The notes under the pieces are model-generated. The model searched no databases. It worked only from the letters and a program-made list of their open reading frames with translations, and was not told the origin of the DNA. 64,000 nt of DNA, from the NCBI GenBank assembly GCA_025351185.1, contig JANXWJ010000094.1, positions 5,172 to 69,171 on the forward strand, given 5' to 3'. Below are positions 42,014-51,745 of the stretch, piece after piece. The position numbers and the translations under genes were made by a program. Each line of letters begins with the position of its first letter. Position 1 is the stretch's first letter. This DNA comes from Candidatus Nanopelagicales bacterium (GTDB taxonomy: Bacteria > Actinomycetota > Actinomycetes > S36-B12 > CAIYMF01).

Positions 42014-42670
42014 GTGACCGAACCCTCCTTCTCGCTGCCGCGCACCGTCGTCCTCGCGTCCGCATCGCCTGCTCGTCTCGGCCTGCTGCGCGCTGCGGGC
42101 ATCGAGCCGGTCGTACGCGTCAGCGACGTCGACGAGCCCGCACTCGAGGCTGCGCTCGCGGCGCAGGGCCGCACCGACCCGATGGACGTCGCGTCGACCC
42201 TCGCCGACGCGAAGGCCCGGGTCGTCGCCGACCTCGTGCGCGGCGAGCACCCCGGTGCCGTGGTCATCGGGTGCGACTCGGTGCTCGACCTCGACGGCGA
42301 GGCGCTGGGCAAGCCAGCGGACGCCGCGGATGCCATCAGCAGGTGGCAGACCATGCGGGGCCGCTCCGGCCACCTGCGCACCGGCCACACGGTGGTGCTG
42401 CTCGGAGCCACATCATCGAGTGACCGCGCCAGCACCGACGTGGCGTCGACGTACGTCACCTTCGCCGACCTCGACGACGCGAGCATCGAGGCCTACGTCG
42501 CCACCGGAGAACCACTGCGCGTCGCCGGCGCGTTCACCCTCGACGGCATCGGCAGCGCCTTCGTCGAGCGCATCGACGGCGACCCGAGCAACGTGGTCGG
42601 CCTCAGCCTCCCCCTCGTTCGCCGCATGCTCGAGAGCCTCGACGTCCGCTGGCACACCCTCTGGACCTGA
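42014..42670 (+). CDS. maf: Maf-family nucleoside triphosphate pyrophosphatase
   Basis: VLASASPAR, SDVDE, VIGCDSV, GKP, AGAF, NVVGLSLP. Confidence 0.94.
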   Translation: MTEPSFSLPRTVVLASASPARLGLLRAAGIEPVVRVSDVDEPALEAALAAQGRTDPMDVASTLADAKARVVADLVRGEHPGAVVIGCDSVLDLDGEALGKPADAADAISRWQTMRGRSGHLRTGHTVVLLGATSSSDRASTDVASTYVTFADLDDASIEAYVATGEPLRVAGAFTLDGIGSAFVERIDGDPSNVVGLSLPLVRRMLESLDVRWHTLWT

Positions 42671-42717
42671 CCCTTGCTGCGCCGGACGCGAGGCAGTGAC
42701 GAGAGCAGTGCTCGATG

Positions 42718-43011
42718 TCAGGTGCGGGTGCGGAGAACGGGGAAGATCGGGTGGTGCATGGGGGCGCCTGCCGGGAGTTCGAGACCCTCGAAGGGCGGGC
42801 TCGTCCGCCAGGGCCGCGGGGCGTGGGTGGCGCCATCGCCGAGGAAGCGCAGCGAGAGCGGGCTCGGATCGGCCAGGTTGCGCTCGATGCCGCGCTCGAT
42901 CGTCGCGACCTCGGCGGGCTAAAACAGCTGGCGCACGACGACCGCGCCCTGCTCTCGGAACGCCTCGACCGTCGCGTCGTCGACCACAGCCGGATCGAGA
43001 GCCACCGTCAT
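42718..43011 (-). pseudogene. Phytanoyl-CoA dioxygenase (PhyH) family remnant with an in-frame stop and a large internal deletion
   Basis: Manual translation after a GAGGAGG RBS: MTVALDPAVVDDATVEAFREQGAVVVRQLF*PAEVATIERGIERNLADPSP joined to SLRFLGDGATHAPRPWRTSPPFEGLELPAGAPMHHPIFPVL; TAG at 42919-42921. Confidence 0.75.
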
Positions 43012-43175
43012 CGTCGCCTCCTCGTCGTATCGCAAGGACACGCACACGCTAGGGCTCCTCGGCGTACGACGTCACTGCGGCGGACTCTCGGCACCCAGCC
43101 CCGGAGCACGACGCCGGACGAACACCCAACCCAGCGCGCCCACAGACCCCACCGAAGGCCACAGACCCCACTCCT

Positions 43176-43287
43176 GATGAATGTGCCCCGCAGTGCGCTA
43201 GGCGCAACCGAGACGCCATTCACAGTGAGCGAACACCGCCATGGGGTGCGATGAGTTGCGCCTATCGCACGTTGGGGCACATTCATC
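43176..43287. repeat. 33-bp inverted repeat (29/33) with a 46-nt spacer; MITE/REP-like
   Basis: gatgaatgtgccccgcagtgcgctaggcgcaac / gttgcgcctatcgcacgttggggcacattcatc. Confidence 0.8.
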
Positions 43288-43316
43288 CGGAACTGTGGGG
43301 TGGGGGCTCCGGGGGG

Positions 43317-44837
43317 TCAGACGGGGGGGACTCCGTGGCGGCGGGTGGTGAAGTTGCGGTCCTTGCCGGCGGCTGCGGCGAGGCGCAGGGTGATCTCGCG
43401 GCGGAGGTCGCCGGGCTCGACGATCGCGTCGATGACGAGGTCGCTGGCGAGTCGCAGGAGGTCGACATCGGCCTCGTACTCCGTACGCCGCGCGGCCACG
43501 AACTCCGCTCGCTCGGCGTCGTCGGTGATCGCCTCGATCTTGTTGGCATAGACGGCGTTCACGGCCGCCTCCGGTCCCATCACCGCGATGCGCGCCGACG
43601 GGAGCGCGAGACAGGCGTCGGGGCCGAACCCGGGGCCGGCCATGGCATAGAGCCCGGCGCCGTAGGCCTTGCGCAGCACCACCGACACCTGCGGCACGGT
43701 CGCTTCGGAGACGGCGGTGATCATCTTCGCGCCGTGCCGGATGATCCCCTCCCGCTCCACGCGCGACCCGATCATGAAGCCGGGTACGTCGGCGAGGTAG
43801 AGCAGCGGCACGTTGAACGCGTCGCACCACCAGATGAAGCGCGCGGCCTTGTCGGCACTGTCGCTGAAGAGCACCCCGCCGCGCACTGCACTGTTGTTGG
43901 CCACGACACCGACGGACCGGCCCTCGATGCGCCCGAACCCCACGACGAGCTCGCCGGCGAACAGCGGCTTGATCTCGAAGAACGACTCGTGGTCGACGAG
44001 CGCCTCGATCACCTGGTGCACGTCGAAGGGCTTGCTCTCCGGCATCGGCACAAGATCGGCGGTCAGCTCGTGCGCCGCAGGCTCCGCCTCATAGACCGGC
44101 GGCTGCTCGCGCCAGGAGCCGGGGAGGTAGGACAGCACGAGCTTGGCCTGCTCGATCGCGTCGTGGTCGTCGAGCGCGAGGTTGTCGCCGCACCCCGACA
44201 GCGTGGCGTGCATCCGCGCGCCACCCATCTCCTCGAGCGAGACCTTCTCCCCCACCACCATCTCGGCCATCCGCGGGCTGCCGAGATACATCGAGGCGTT
44301 GCCCTCGACCATGATCACGACGTCGCAGAAGGCCGGGATGTACGCCCCTCCCGCCGCCGACGGCCCGAACAGGCAGCAGATCTGAGGCACCTTGCCCGAG
44401 AGCGCCACCTGGTTGCGGAAGATCCGGCCGGCACCGCGGCGACCCGGGAAAAGGTCGACCTGGTCGGTGATCCGGGCGCCGGCGGAGTCGATGAACCAGA
44501 ACACCGGGAGCTCGTCGCTCAGCGCCGCCTCGGTGATGCGCACGATCTTCTCGACCGTACGAGCTCCCCAGGAACCCGCCTTCACCGTGGGGTCGTTGGC
44601 GACGACGAGCACGTGGCGGCCGTCGACCGTGCCGCGTCCGGTGACCACGCCGTCGGCCGGGAGGCCGGTCGCGAGGGCGTTGGCGAACTGCCCGTCCTCG
44701 ACGAACGAGCTGGCGTCGAGGAGCAGGTCGATGCGCTCTCGGGCATGCAGCTTGCCCGCCGCCGCGAGCTTGGTGGCCGCCGCCTCCGACACCCGCAGCG
44801 TCGCAGCACGCGCCCCACGGACCGCTTCCTCGCTCAC
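43317..44837 (-). CDS. Second acyl-CoA carboxylase beta subunit (methylcrotonoyl-CoA carboxylase/YngE-like)
   Basis: [72 protein letters not shown]. Confidence 0.92.
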   Translation of the reverse strand: MSEEAVRGARAATLRVSEAAATKLAAAGKLHARERIDLLLDASSFVEDGQFANALATGLPADGVVTGRGTVDGRHVLVVANDPTVKAGSWGARTVEKIVRITEAALSDELPVFWFIDSAGARITDQVDLFPGRRGAGRIFRNQVALSGKVPQICCLFGPSAAGGAYIPAFCDVVIMVEGNASMYLGSPRMAEMVVGEKVSLEEMGGARMHATLSGCGDNLALDDHDAIEQAKLVLSYLPGSWREQPPVYEAEPAAHELTADLVPMPESKPFDVHQVIEALVDHESFFEIKPLFAGELVVGFGRIEGRSVGVVANNSAVRGGVLFSDSADKAARFIWWCDAFNVPLLYLADVPGFMIGSRVEREGIIRHGAKMITAVSEATVPQVSVVLRKAYGAGLYAMAGPGFGPDACLALPSARIAVMGPEAAVNAVYANKIEAITDDAERAEFVAARRTEYEADVDLLRLASDLVIDAIVEPGDLRREITLRLAAAAGKDRNFTTRRHGVPPV

Positions 44838-45068
44838 CGCCACCCCCCTGCCCAGGCTCGCCCTCGAGCCGTCACCGCGACCGTACCCCGGCGCTCGCGG
44901 TCCGCGGGTCGCCGACGTCACGTCACGGGCTTCGGCCCCGACCCGCGTGAGGGGTGCCCGTTCTGGCAAGGTGGCAGGTGGTCGTACGGGCGGGGCCGAT
45001 GCCGGCCGCACGCCCGACCAGACCTGTGCACGACCCGAGTCCCTTCCTGCGTCAGGAGCGAAGCCGCG

Positions 45069-46838
45069 ATGACCATCTCCAAGGTCCTCATCGCCAACCG
45101 TGGCGAGATCGCCATCCGCGTCGCGAGGGCCTGCCGTGACACCGGCATCGCCAGCGTCGCCATCTATGCGGACCCCGATCGCGACGCCCTGCACGTGAAG
45201 GCCTGCGACGAGGCCTACGCCCTCGGTGGCTCGACCGCGGCGGAGACCTACCTCGTCGTCGAGAAGATCCTCGACATCGCGCGCCGCAGCGGCGCCGACG
45301 CCGTGCACCCCGGCTACGGCTTCCTCTCCGAGAACGCCGACTTCGCCCAGGCCGTCATCGACGCCGGGTTCACCTGGATCGGTCCGCCCCCGGACGCCAT
45401 CCGATCTCTCGGCGACAAGGTCTCTGCCCGCCACATCGCCCAGCGCGCCGGCGCCCCGCAGGTCGAGGGCACACCCGACCCGGTCGAGACGGCCGAGGAG
45501 ATCCAGGAGTTCGCGCGCACCCACGGTCTGCCCATCGCCATCAAGGCGGCGTTCGGCGGCGGCGGTCGTGGCCTCAAGGTCGCGCGCACGATCGAGGAGA
45601 TCCCCGAGCTCTTCGAATCCGCTGTGCGCGAGGCGATCGCGGCATTCGGTCGCGGCGAGTGCTTCGTCGAGCGCTATCTCGACAACCCGCGCCACGTCGA
45701 GACCCAGATCCTCGCCGACCAGCACGGCAACGTCGTCGTCGTCTCCACGCGCGACTGCTCGCTGCAGCGCCGTCACCAGAAGCTCGTGGAGGAGGCTCCC
45801 GCTCCTTACCTCTCGGCTGCGCAGCTCGAGGAGCTCTACCGCGCCTCGAAGGCCATCGTGAAGGAGGCCGGCTACTACGGCGCCGGCACGTGCGAGTTCC
45901 TCGTCGCCGTCGACGGCACCATCTCGTTCCTCGAGGTCAACACCCGCCTGCAGGTCGAGCACCCGGTGACCGAGGAGGTCGCGGGGATCGACCTCGTACG
46001 CGAGCAGTTCCGCATCGCCAACGGTGAGGCCCTCGGCTTCGACGACCCGGTGCTGCGCGGCCACTCCTTCGAGTTCCGCATCAACGGCGAGGACCCCGGT
46101 CGCGGCTTCCTGCCCGGTCCCGGCGTGCTGTCGGTGTGGAAGCCGCCGTCGGGCCCCGGAGTACGCCTCGACGCCGGTTTCCAGGCTGGCGACGTCATCG
46201 GCGGCAACTTCGACTCGCTGCTCGCCAAGCTGATCGTCACCGGCGCCACGCGCCAGGAGGCGCTCGAGCGCTCGCGCCGCGCACTGGACGAGTTCCAGAT
46301 CGAGGGCATCGCAACTGCGCTGACCTTCCACCGCGCCGTCGTGCGCGACCCGGCCTTCGCGACCGACGACGCCACCCCGTTCACGGTGCACACCCGTTGG
46401 ATCGAGACCGAGTTCGTCAACACGATCCCGGCCTACTCCGGCACGGCGGCCGAGATCGCGGAGCCCGAGGAGCGCCAGTCGCTCACGGTCGAGGTCGGCG
46501 GCAAGCGCCTCGAGGTCGTGCTGCCTGCGGGCATCGCGCTCTCCCACGGCGGAGGCGGTCACGCCGGCAGCCCGAAGAAGGCACCCAAGCGCACCACCAA
46601 GAAAGGCGGCAGCGCCGCCTCGGGCGACGCCGTCGCCGCGCCCATGCAGGGCACGATCGTCAAGGTCGCGGTCGAGGAGGGCCAGGTCGTCGAGGCCGGC
46701 GACCTCGTCGTCGTGCTCGAGGCGATGAAGATGGAGCAGCCGCTCACCGCGCACAAGGCGGGCACCGTCACCGGCCTCACAGCCGAGGTCGGCGCGACCG
46801 TCCCGAGCGGCACCGTGCTCCTCGAGATCAAGGCCTGA
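45069..46838 (+). CDS. Acetyl/propionyl-CoA carboxylase alpha subunit (biotin carboxylase + BCCP; AccA/BccA)
   Basis: [52 protein letters not shown] biotinyl lysine. Confidence 0.96.
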   Translation: MTISKVLIANRGEIAIRVARACRDTGIASVAIYADPDRDALHVKACDEAYALGGSTAAETYLVVEKILDIARRSGADAVHPGYGFLSENADFAQAVIDAGFTWIGPPPDAIRSLGDKVSARHIAQRAGAPQVEGTPDPVETAEEIQEFARTHGLPIAIKAAFGGGGRGLKVARTIEEIPELFESAVREAIAAFGRGECFVERYLDNPRHVETQILADQHGNVVVVSTRDCSLQRRHQKLVEEAPAPYLSAAQLEELYRASKAIVKEAGYYGAGTCEFLVAVDGTISFLEVNTRLQVEHPVTEEVAGIDLVREQFRIANGEALGFDDPVLRGHSFEFRINGEDPGRGFLPGPGVLSVWKPPSGPGVRLDAGFQAGDVIGGNFDSLLAKLIVTGATRQEALERSRRALDEFQIEGIATALTFHRAVVRDPAFATDDATPFTVHTRWIETEFVNTIPAYSGTAAEIAEPEERQSLTVEVGGKRLEVVLPAGIALSHGGGGHAGSPKKAPKRTTKKGGSAASGDAVAAPMQGTIVKVAVEEGQVVEAGDLVVVLEAMKMEQPLTAHKAGTVTGLTAEVGATVPSGTVLLEIKA

Positions 46839-46848
46839 CCGCCGTACG

Positions 46849-46894
46849 ACCCACCCGGCACCCACCCCGCTTCCGGGATCGGCGCCGGGTGGGT
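46849..46894 (+). terminator. GC-rich hairpin after the biotin carboxylase gene
   Basis: acccacccggcacc / ggcgccgggtgggt (13/14). Confidence 0.55.
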
Positions 46895-46906
46895 GAGTAT
46901 GGATCT

Positions 46907-48220
46907 ATGAGCCCTGCTCGAACGTCCCACCGCACCCTCCGCTCCGTGCTGGCCGCGCTCGGCGCCGGCGTCGTGCTCGCGCTGACTGCGACCATCGGTG
47001 CGACCCCGGCCTACGCCGACAGCACGCTGCAGGACGCGATCACCGCGCTGCGCAACGGCGACGTCGTCTACGTCGCACCCGACGCGAGCCCCACGATGTC
47101 GCAGGCCGACACCGACCAGCTCAAGGCCCGCGTGCGCACCATCGGCTCGCCGTTCTTCATCGCCGTGGTGCCGAAGTCGGCCGCCGTCGGCGGCTCCTCG
47201 GACAACACCCTGCGCGCGCTCAAGGACGGCGTCGGACGAAGCGGCACCTACGCCCTCTACATCGGCGACTCGTTCCGCGCGGGCAACGACCTGGGCAAGG
47301 TCAGCGACCTCGCGACCGTGGCCTATGCCGACCATCGCGACGAGGGCGTCTTCGCGGTCCTCGACGCATTCGTCGCGAGCGCGGGCAAGCGCATCACCGG
47401 CAAGGACGGCAGCACCACCAACGTCGCCGCTGTCGGCGGCGTGCTGCTCGGCGGCGCCGCTCTGCTGGGCGCGGGCGGCGTCTACGCCTATCGCCGTACG
47501 CAGAAGGTGAATGCGGCGAAGACGGCCGCGGTCAAGCGCACCGTGTTCGAGGACGTCACCGACTACGGCGAGAAGGCCGCGCTCATCAACGTCGAGGACC
47601 CGCGCCTGGATGACGCCGGTCGCGCCGACGCGCAGCGTGCCCTCGACAGCTATGAGACCGCCAAGATGAGCGCCGACAAGATGGCGCGCCCTGAGGATGC
47701 CGCGACGGTCACGACCGCCCTCGAGGACGGCCGATTTGCCCTCGCCTGCGTCGACGCCCGGCTCGCCGGGCAGCCGGTGCCGGAGCGCCGCCCGCCGTGC
47801 TTCGTCGACCCGCGGCACGGCCCGAGCGTCAAGGACGTCACCTGGTCGCCCGACGGCGGTGCCGCGCGCCCTGTGCCGGTGTGCCAGGCGTGCGCCGTGA
47901 CGCTCGAGTCGGGGCAGCTGCCCGCGCCCCGCGAGGTCGAGATGGCCGGCGGCCAGCGAGTGCCTTACTGGGCCGCGGGCCGGTCCTACGCCCCGTACGC
48001 CGGCGGCTACTACGCCAACAGCGGCGCCGACCTCATGACCCTGCTCTTCGTCGGCTCGATGTTCGGCGGCGCCTTCAGCGGCCCGTCGTACGGCGACAAC
48101 AACGCCTCCGGTGGCGGCTTCGGCGACAGCTCGGGCGGCGGTTTCGGCGACTTCGGCGGTGGTGGCGGCGGCGGCGACTTCGGCGGAGGAGGGGACTTCG
48201 GCGGCGGTGGCGACTTCTAG
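46907..48220 (+). CDS. Membrane protein: signal peptide, TPM-like extracellular domain, TM, Cys-containing region, Gly/Asp/Phe-rich tail
   Basis: AYA signal-peptidase site; hydrophobic segment at VGGVLLGG; PPCFVDPRHG and VPVCQAC; tail GGGFGDFGGGGGGGDF repeats. Confidence 0.8.
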   Translation: MSPARTSHRTLRSVLAALGAGVVLALTATIGATPAYADSTLQDAITALRNGDVVYVAPDASPTMSQADTDQLKARVRTIGSPFFIAVVPKSAAVGGSSDNTLRALKDGVGRSGTYALYIGDSFRAGNDLGKVSDLATVAYADHRDEGVFAVLDAFVASAGKRITGKDGSTTNVAAVGGVLLGGAALLGAGGVYAYRRTQKVNAAKTAAVKRTVFEDVTDYGEKAALINVEDPRLDDAGRADAQRALDSYETAKMSADKMARPEDAATVTTALEDGRFALACVDARLAGQPVPERRPPCFVDPRHGPSVKDVTWSPDGGAARPVPVCQACAVTLESGQLPAPREVEMAGGQRVPYWAAGRSYAPYAGGYYANSGADLMTLLFVGSMFGGAFSGPSYGDNNASGGGFGDSSGGGFGDFGGGGGGGDFGGGGDFGGGGDF

Positions 48221-48294
48221 CTCGGCAGTGCGGTGGAGCACCCGTGCGGGGGATCGGGTCCGGTTCTGCGTACGTCGATGAGCGAGACGTGACG

Positions 48295-49377
48295 ATGAAC
48301 CGGGTGCTCGGTCAGGGCGTGTCGCAGGGGCGAGCGGTGCTCGTGGGCTCCGGTCTTGCGCTCGCCGCGGTCGCGCTCACCGCCCCAGGCACCGCGTGGT
48401 CGAGCCCGGCGATCGCGGCGTCACCGCCCGCCGCGCCGGCTGTCGCGTCACCGCCGGCCGCGCCAGCGGTCGTGGCAGCGCCGACATCGGGATTCCTGCC
48501 CGGCACCCGCTGCCGGGCGTTCCCAGCCGACAACTACTGGCACGCCGACATCTCTCGCCTCAAGGTCAACGTGCGCTCGGCGCAGTGGCTGAGCCACATG
48601 CAGGTCTCGACCCGGCGGCTGCACGCCGACTTCGGTCCGGCCTACGGCGCCCAGCCGGTGCCCTACGGCATCCCGATCACCATCGTGAACCGCGCGCCTC
48701 GGGTGAAGGTGTCGTTCGACTACGCCGCGGAGAGCAACCGGGTGCTGTATCCGCTGTCGTCGGCGACGAAGATCGAAGGTGGCGCCGGGGCATCCGGTGA
48801 CCGGCACGCGATCGTCGTCGACGCCGCCACGTGCACTCTGTTCGAGACCTGGAACACCCAGCACCTGCGCACCGGGTGGCACGCCGGCTCCGGGGCCGTG
48901 TGGTCGTTGGGATCCCACGCGCTGCGCCCAGCCGGGTGGACGTCGTCGGACGCCGCGGGCCTCCCGATCCTGCCCGGACTCCTGCGCTACGACGAGGTCG
49001 CCACCGGCCGCGTCGACCACGCGATCCGCTTCACCACCAACGTCACCGACCGCGCCTACGTCTGGCCCGCACGGCACCAGGCCGGATCGGTGAGCAATCA
49101 CGCGTTTCCGCCGATGGGCGCCCGTTTCCGGCTCAAGGCATCGTTCCCGATCTCGTCGTACTCCAAGGCTGCCCAGGTCGTGCTGCGCGCGATGAAGACC
49201 TACGGCCTCGTGCTCGCCGACAACGGCAGCCCGTGGTTCTTCCAGGGCACCTCCGACACCCGCTGGCAGTCGTCCCTCATCAGCCAGCTCGCGCGGGTGC
49301 CCGCATCAGCCTTCCAGGCAGTCGACACCGCACCCCTGCGCATCAGCACCAGCTCCGCAGCAGCCCGCCGGATCTGA
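48295..49377 (+). CDS. Secreted protein of unknown function
   Basis: Signal peptide, duplicated ASPPAAPAV linker, then FPADNYWH...GDRHAIVVD..TCTLFE...DAAGLPILPGLLRYDEV...HAIRFT...MKTYGLVLADNG. Confidence 0.82.
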   Translation: MNRVLGQGVSQGRAVLVGSGLALAAVALTAPGTAWSSPAIAASPPAAPAVASPPAAPAVVAAPTSGFLPGTRCRAFPADNYWHADISRLKVNVRSAQWLSHMQVSTRRLHADFGPAYGAQPVPYGIPITIVNRAPRVKVSFDYAAESNRVLYPLSSATKIEGGAGASGDRHAIVVDAATCTLFETWNTQHLRTGWHAGSGAVWSLGSHALRPAGWTSSDAAGLPILPGLLRYDEVATGRVDHAIRFTTNVTDRAYVWPARHQAGSVSNHAFPPMGARFRLKASFPISSYSKAAQVVLRAMKTYGLVLADNGSPWFFQGTSDTRWQSSLISQLARVPASAFQAVDTAPLRISTSSAAARRI

Positions 49378-49400
49378 CCCCACCCCCGACCAGCATCCCC

Positions 49401-49444
49401 ACCGATAGCGTCAGCGCAGTCCATAGCCCGCGCTGACGCTACCG
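49401..49444. repeat. Palindromic REP-like element, family B copy 2
   Basis: cgatagcgtcagcgc / gcgctgacgctaccg (14/15); lies between convergent genes. Confidence 0.78.
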
Positions 49445-49462
49445 CTGGGCGCGCCACCAGGT

Positions 49463-50857
49463 TTAGGCCTCATGGTGGTGGAGCTGGCGGGCGGCTTCGG
49501 CGATGGAGCCGGTGAGTGACGGGTAGACCGTGAAGGAGGCGGCGACCTGGTCGACGGTGAGGCGGTGCTCGACGGCGAGGGCGATGGGGAAGATGAGCTC
49601 GCTGGCCTTCGGCGCCACGACGACACCGCCGACGATGATCCCCGTGCCCGGACGGCAGAACAGCTTGACGAAGCCGTCGGTGAGGCCCTGCATCTTGGCC
49701 CGCGCGTTGGTCGCGAGGGGCAGCTTGATCGCCTGCACGTCGAAGTCGCCTGCGTCGGCCTGCGCCTGCGTCACCCCGATCGTGGCGATCTCGGGATCGG
49801 TGAAGACGTTGCTCGACACGGTGGTGAGGTCGAGGGGGCGTACGGCGTCACCGAGCGCGTGCCACATCGCGAGGCGCCCCTGCATCGCCGCCACCGAGGC
49901 GAGCATGAGCACGCCCGTCACGTCGCCGGCGGCATAGACACCGCGCGCGGAGGTGCGTGAGACGCGGTCGACCTCGACGTAGCCCGACGCGGTCAGCGTG
50001 ACTCCGGACTCCTCGAGACCGAGGGCCTCGGTGTTGGGCAGCGAGCCCACCGCCATCAGGCAGTGCGAGCCCTCGATGCGCGTGCCGTCGGCGAGCGTCA
50101 CGACGACCCCGTCGCCGACGCGCTCCGCGGCCTGGGCTCGGGACCGGCCCAGCACGTTCATCCCACGTCGGCGGAAGACATCCTCGAGCACCTGCGCCGC
50201 ATCGGCGTCCTCGCCGGGGAGCACTCGGTCGCGTGAGGACACGAGCACGACCTCGGACCCGAGAGCGTTGTAGGCAGAGGCGAACTCAGCCCCCGTGACA
50301 CCGGACCCGACGACGATCAGACGCTCGGGGAGGTGGTCGAGGTCATAGACCTGCTCCCAGGTGAGGATGCGCTCGCCATCGGGCTCCGCGCCCGCGACGA
50401 TGCGCGGGCGCGCACCCGTCGACACCAGGATCGCGTCAGCGGCATGCGTCTCCGTCACGCCGTCCGACGACTCGGAGACGACTGTGGACGGGCCGTCGAG
50501 ACGACCGAGTCCGCGGACCACCCGGACCCCCTCGCGCTCCAGCCGCGCCTGGATGTCGACCGACTGAGCCGAGGCCAGGCGCTTCACCCGGTCATTGACC
50601 ACCCCGAGGTCCACGGACACGAGCCCCGCGGCCGGACGGCCGTCAGCGATGCGTACGCCGAGCTCACCGCTGTCGGCGGCGAGCGTCATGACCTCGGCGG
50701 TCGCGATGAGGGTCTTGCTCGGCACGCAGTCCGTGAGCACCGCCGAGCCGCCCAGGCCGTCGCGGTCGACGACCGTCACCTCGGCCCCGAGCTGCGCCGC
50801 CACGAGCGCCGCCTCATAGCCACCGGGACCACCGCCGACGATCACCACGCGCGTCAT
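49463..50857 (-). CDS. lpdA: NAD(P)H-quinone dehydrogenase (LpdA)
   Basis: GGGPGGYEAA; GSAVLTDCVPSKTL has a single Cys, unlike the CxxxxC of true lipoamide dehydrogenase; YPSLTGSIAEAAR lacks the HP..E motif. Confidence 0.93.
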   Translation of the reverse strand: MTRVVIVGGGPGGYEAALVAAQLGAEVTVVDRDGLGGSAVLTDCVPSKTLIATAEVMTLAADSGELGVRIADGRPAAGLVSVDLGVVNDRVKRLASAQSVDIQARLEREGVRVVRGLGRLDGPSTVVSESSDGVTETHAADAILVSTGARPRIVAGAEPDGERILTWEQVYDLDHLPERLIVVGSGVTGAEFASAYNALGSEVVLVSSRDRVLPGEDADAAQVLEDVFRRRGMNVLGRSRAQAAERVGDGVVVTLADGTRIEGSHCLMAVGSLPNTEALGLEESGVTLTASGYVEVDRVSRTSARGVYAAGDVTGVLMLASVAAMQGRLAMWHALGDAVRPLDLTTVSSNVFTDPEIATIGVTQAQADAGDFDVQAIKLPLATNARAKMQGLTDGFVKLFCRPGTGIIVGGVVVAPKASELIFPIALAVEHRLTVDQVAASFTVYPSLTGSIAEAARQLHHHEA

Positions 50858-50894
50858 GTCCTCATCCTTGCGTACGGGTCGCTAGCCTCGCGGT

Positions 50895-51350
50895 GTGACG
50901 CTGTATGCCGCCTACGGGAGCAACCTCGACCCGATGCGCATGCACCTGCGCGCCCCGCACTCGCCCGGCCGGGGTACGGGGTGGCTGCTCGGGTGGCGAC
51001 TCACGTTCGGCGGGGAGGACCTCGGCTGGGAGGGCGCGCTGGCCACCGTCGTCGAGGCCGACGACGCCGCGAGCCAGGTGTTCGTCGGGCTCTATGACAT
51101 CTCCGACGCCGACGAGGAGGCGCTCGACGAGTGGGAGGGCAGCGACCTCGGGCTCTACACCAAGATCCGGGTTCGCATCGCGACCCTCGAGGGCGACGTC
51201 ACCGCCTGGCTCTATGTGCTCGACGGCTACGAAGGCGGCCTGCCGAGCGCTCGCTACCTCGGGCTCATGGCCGACGCCGCCGAAGCTGCTGGTGCGCCGA
51301 CGGACTACGTCGAATCGTTGCGCCAGCGACCGTGCCAGAGCGTAGGCTGA
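50895..51350 (+). CDS. Gamma-glutamylcyclotransferase family protein
   Basis: LYAAYGSNLD, GWRLTFGG, LDEWEG, PSARYLG. Confidence 0.9.
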   Translation: MTLYAAYGSNLDPMRMHLRAPHSPGRGTGWLLGWRLTFGGEDLGWEGALATVVEADDAASQVFVGLYDISDADEEALDEWEGSDLGLYTKIRVRIATLEGDVTAWLYVLDGYEGGLPSARYLGLMADAAEAAGAPTDYVESLRQRPCQSVG

Positions 51351-51371
51351 TCTCCTCCTCAGGGGGGAACG

Positions 51372-51533
51372 ATGAACGGCCCGATCGCGACCGCGGAACC
51401 ACGCGGCGTGGACACCCGAGCGACATGCGCTCTGGCCAACTCCGGTCCGCACGCGCTCGCGCGGTGCAACGACCGTTCCCTGCGCACCGGGATCCCCGAC
51501 GCCGTCGACCCGCCACGGGCCACGACCGGCTGA
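51372..51533 (+). CDS. Possible 53-aa small protein
   Basis: ATG after a G-rich RBS-like run; most third codon positions are G/C; MNGPIATAEPRGVDTRATCALANSGPHALARCNDRSLRTGIPDAVDPPRATTG. No recognised family. Confidence 0.3.
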   Translation: MNGPIATAEPRGVDTRATCALANSGPHALARCNDRSLRTGIPDAVDPPRATTG

Positions 51534-51745
51534 GATCCCGTCGCCTGGCACCTGCCGGCCACGACTCGGCACCCCAGCCGCGCACGCACCTCGGTCGACG
51601 TCGCATCTGACGACGTGGCCCTCGGCATGCCCGCGGGCACCCCGACCGTGCGACACATGCGTTCCGCGCCGCTCCACGACCTCGACGTGCGGGCCTGGCG
51701 TACCCCTCCGCTCGTCCCAGACACTCTCCAGGAGCTCGAACCGTC

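Noticed and set aside
43251-46865. Two ~1190-aa ORFs suggesting giant fused carboxylases
   Set aside because: Each is a real gene plus the stop-free antisense of its divergent neighbour; real starts are at 45069 (+) and about 44837 (-).
48110-48217. GGC/GAC-rich repeats as a DNA repeat element
   Set aside because: Fully explained by the Gly/Asp/Phe tail of the coding sequence.
51358-51385. Fourth sigma28-like motif (CTCA...CCCGAT) upstream of SPFH
   Set aside because: Spacer is 18 nt and the -10 match is poorer than in the three 16-nt motifs.
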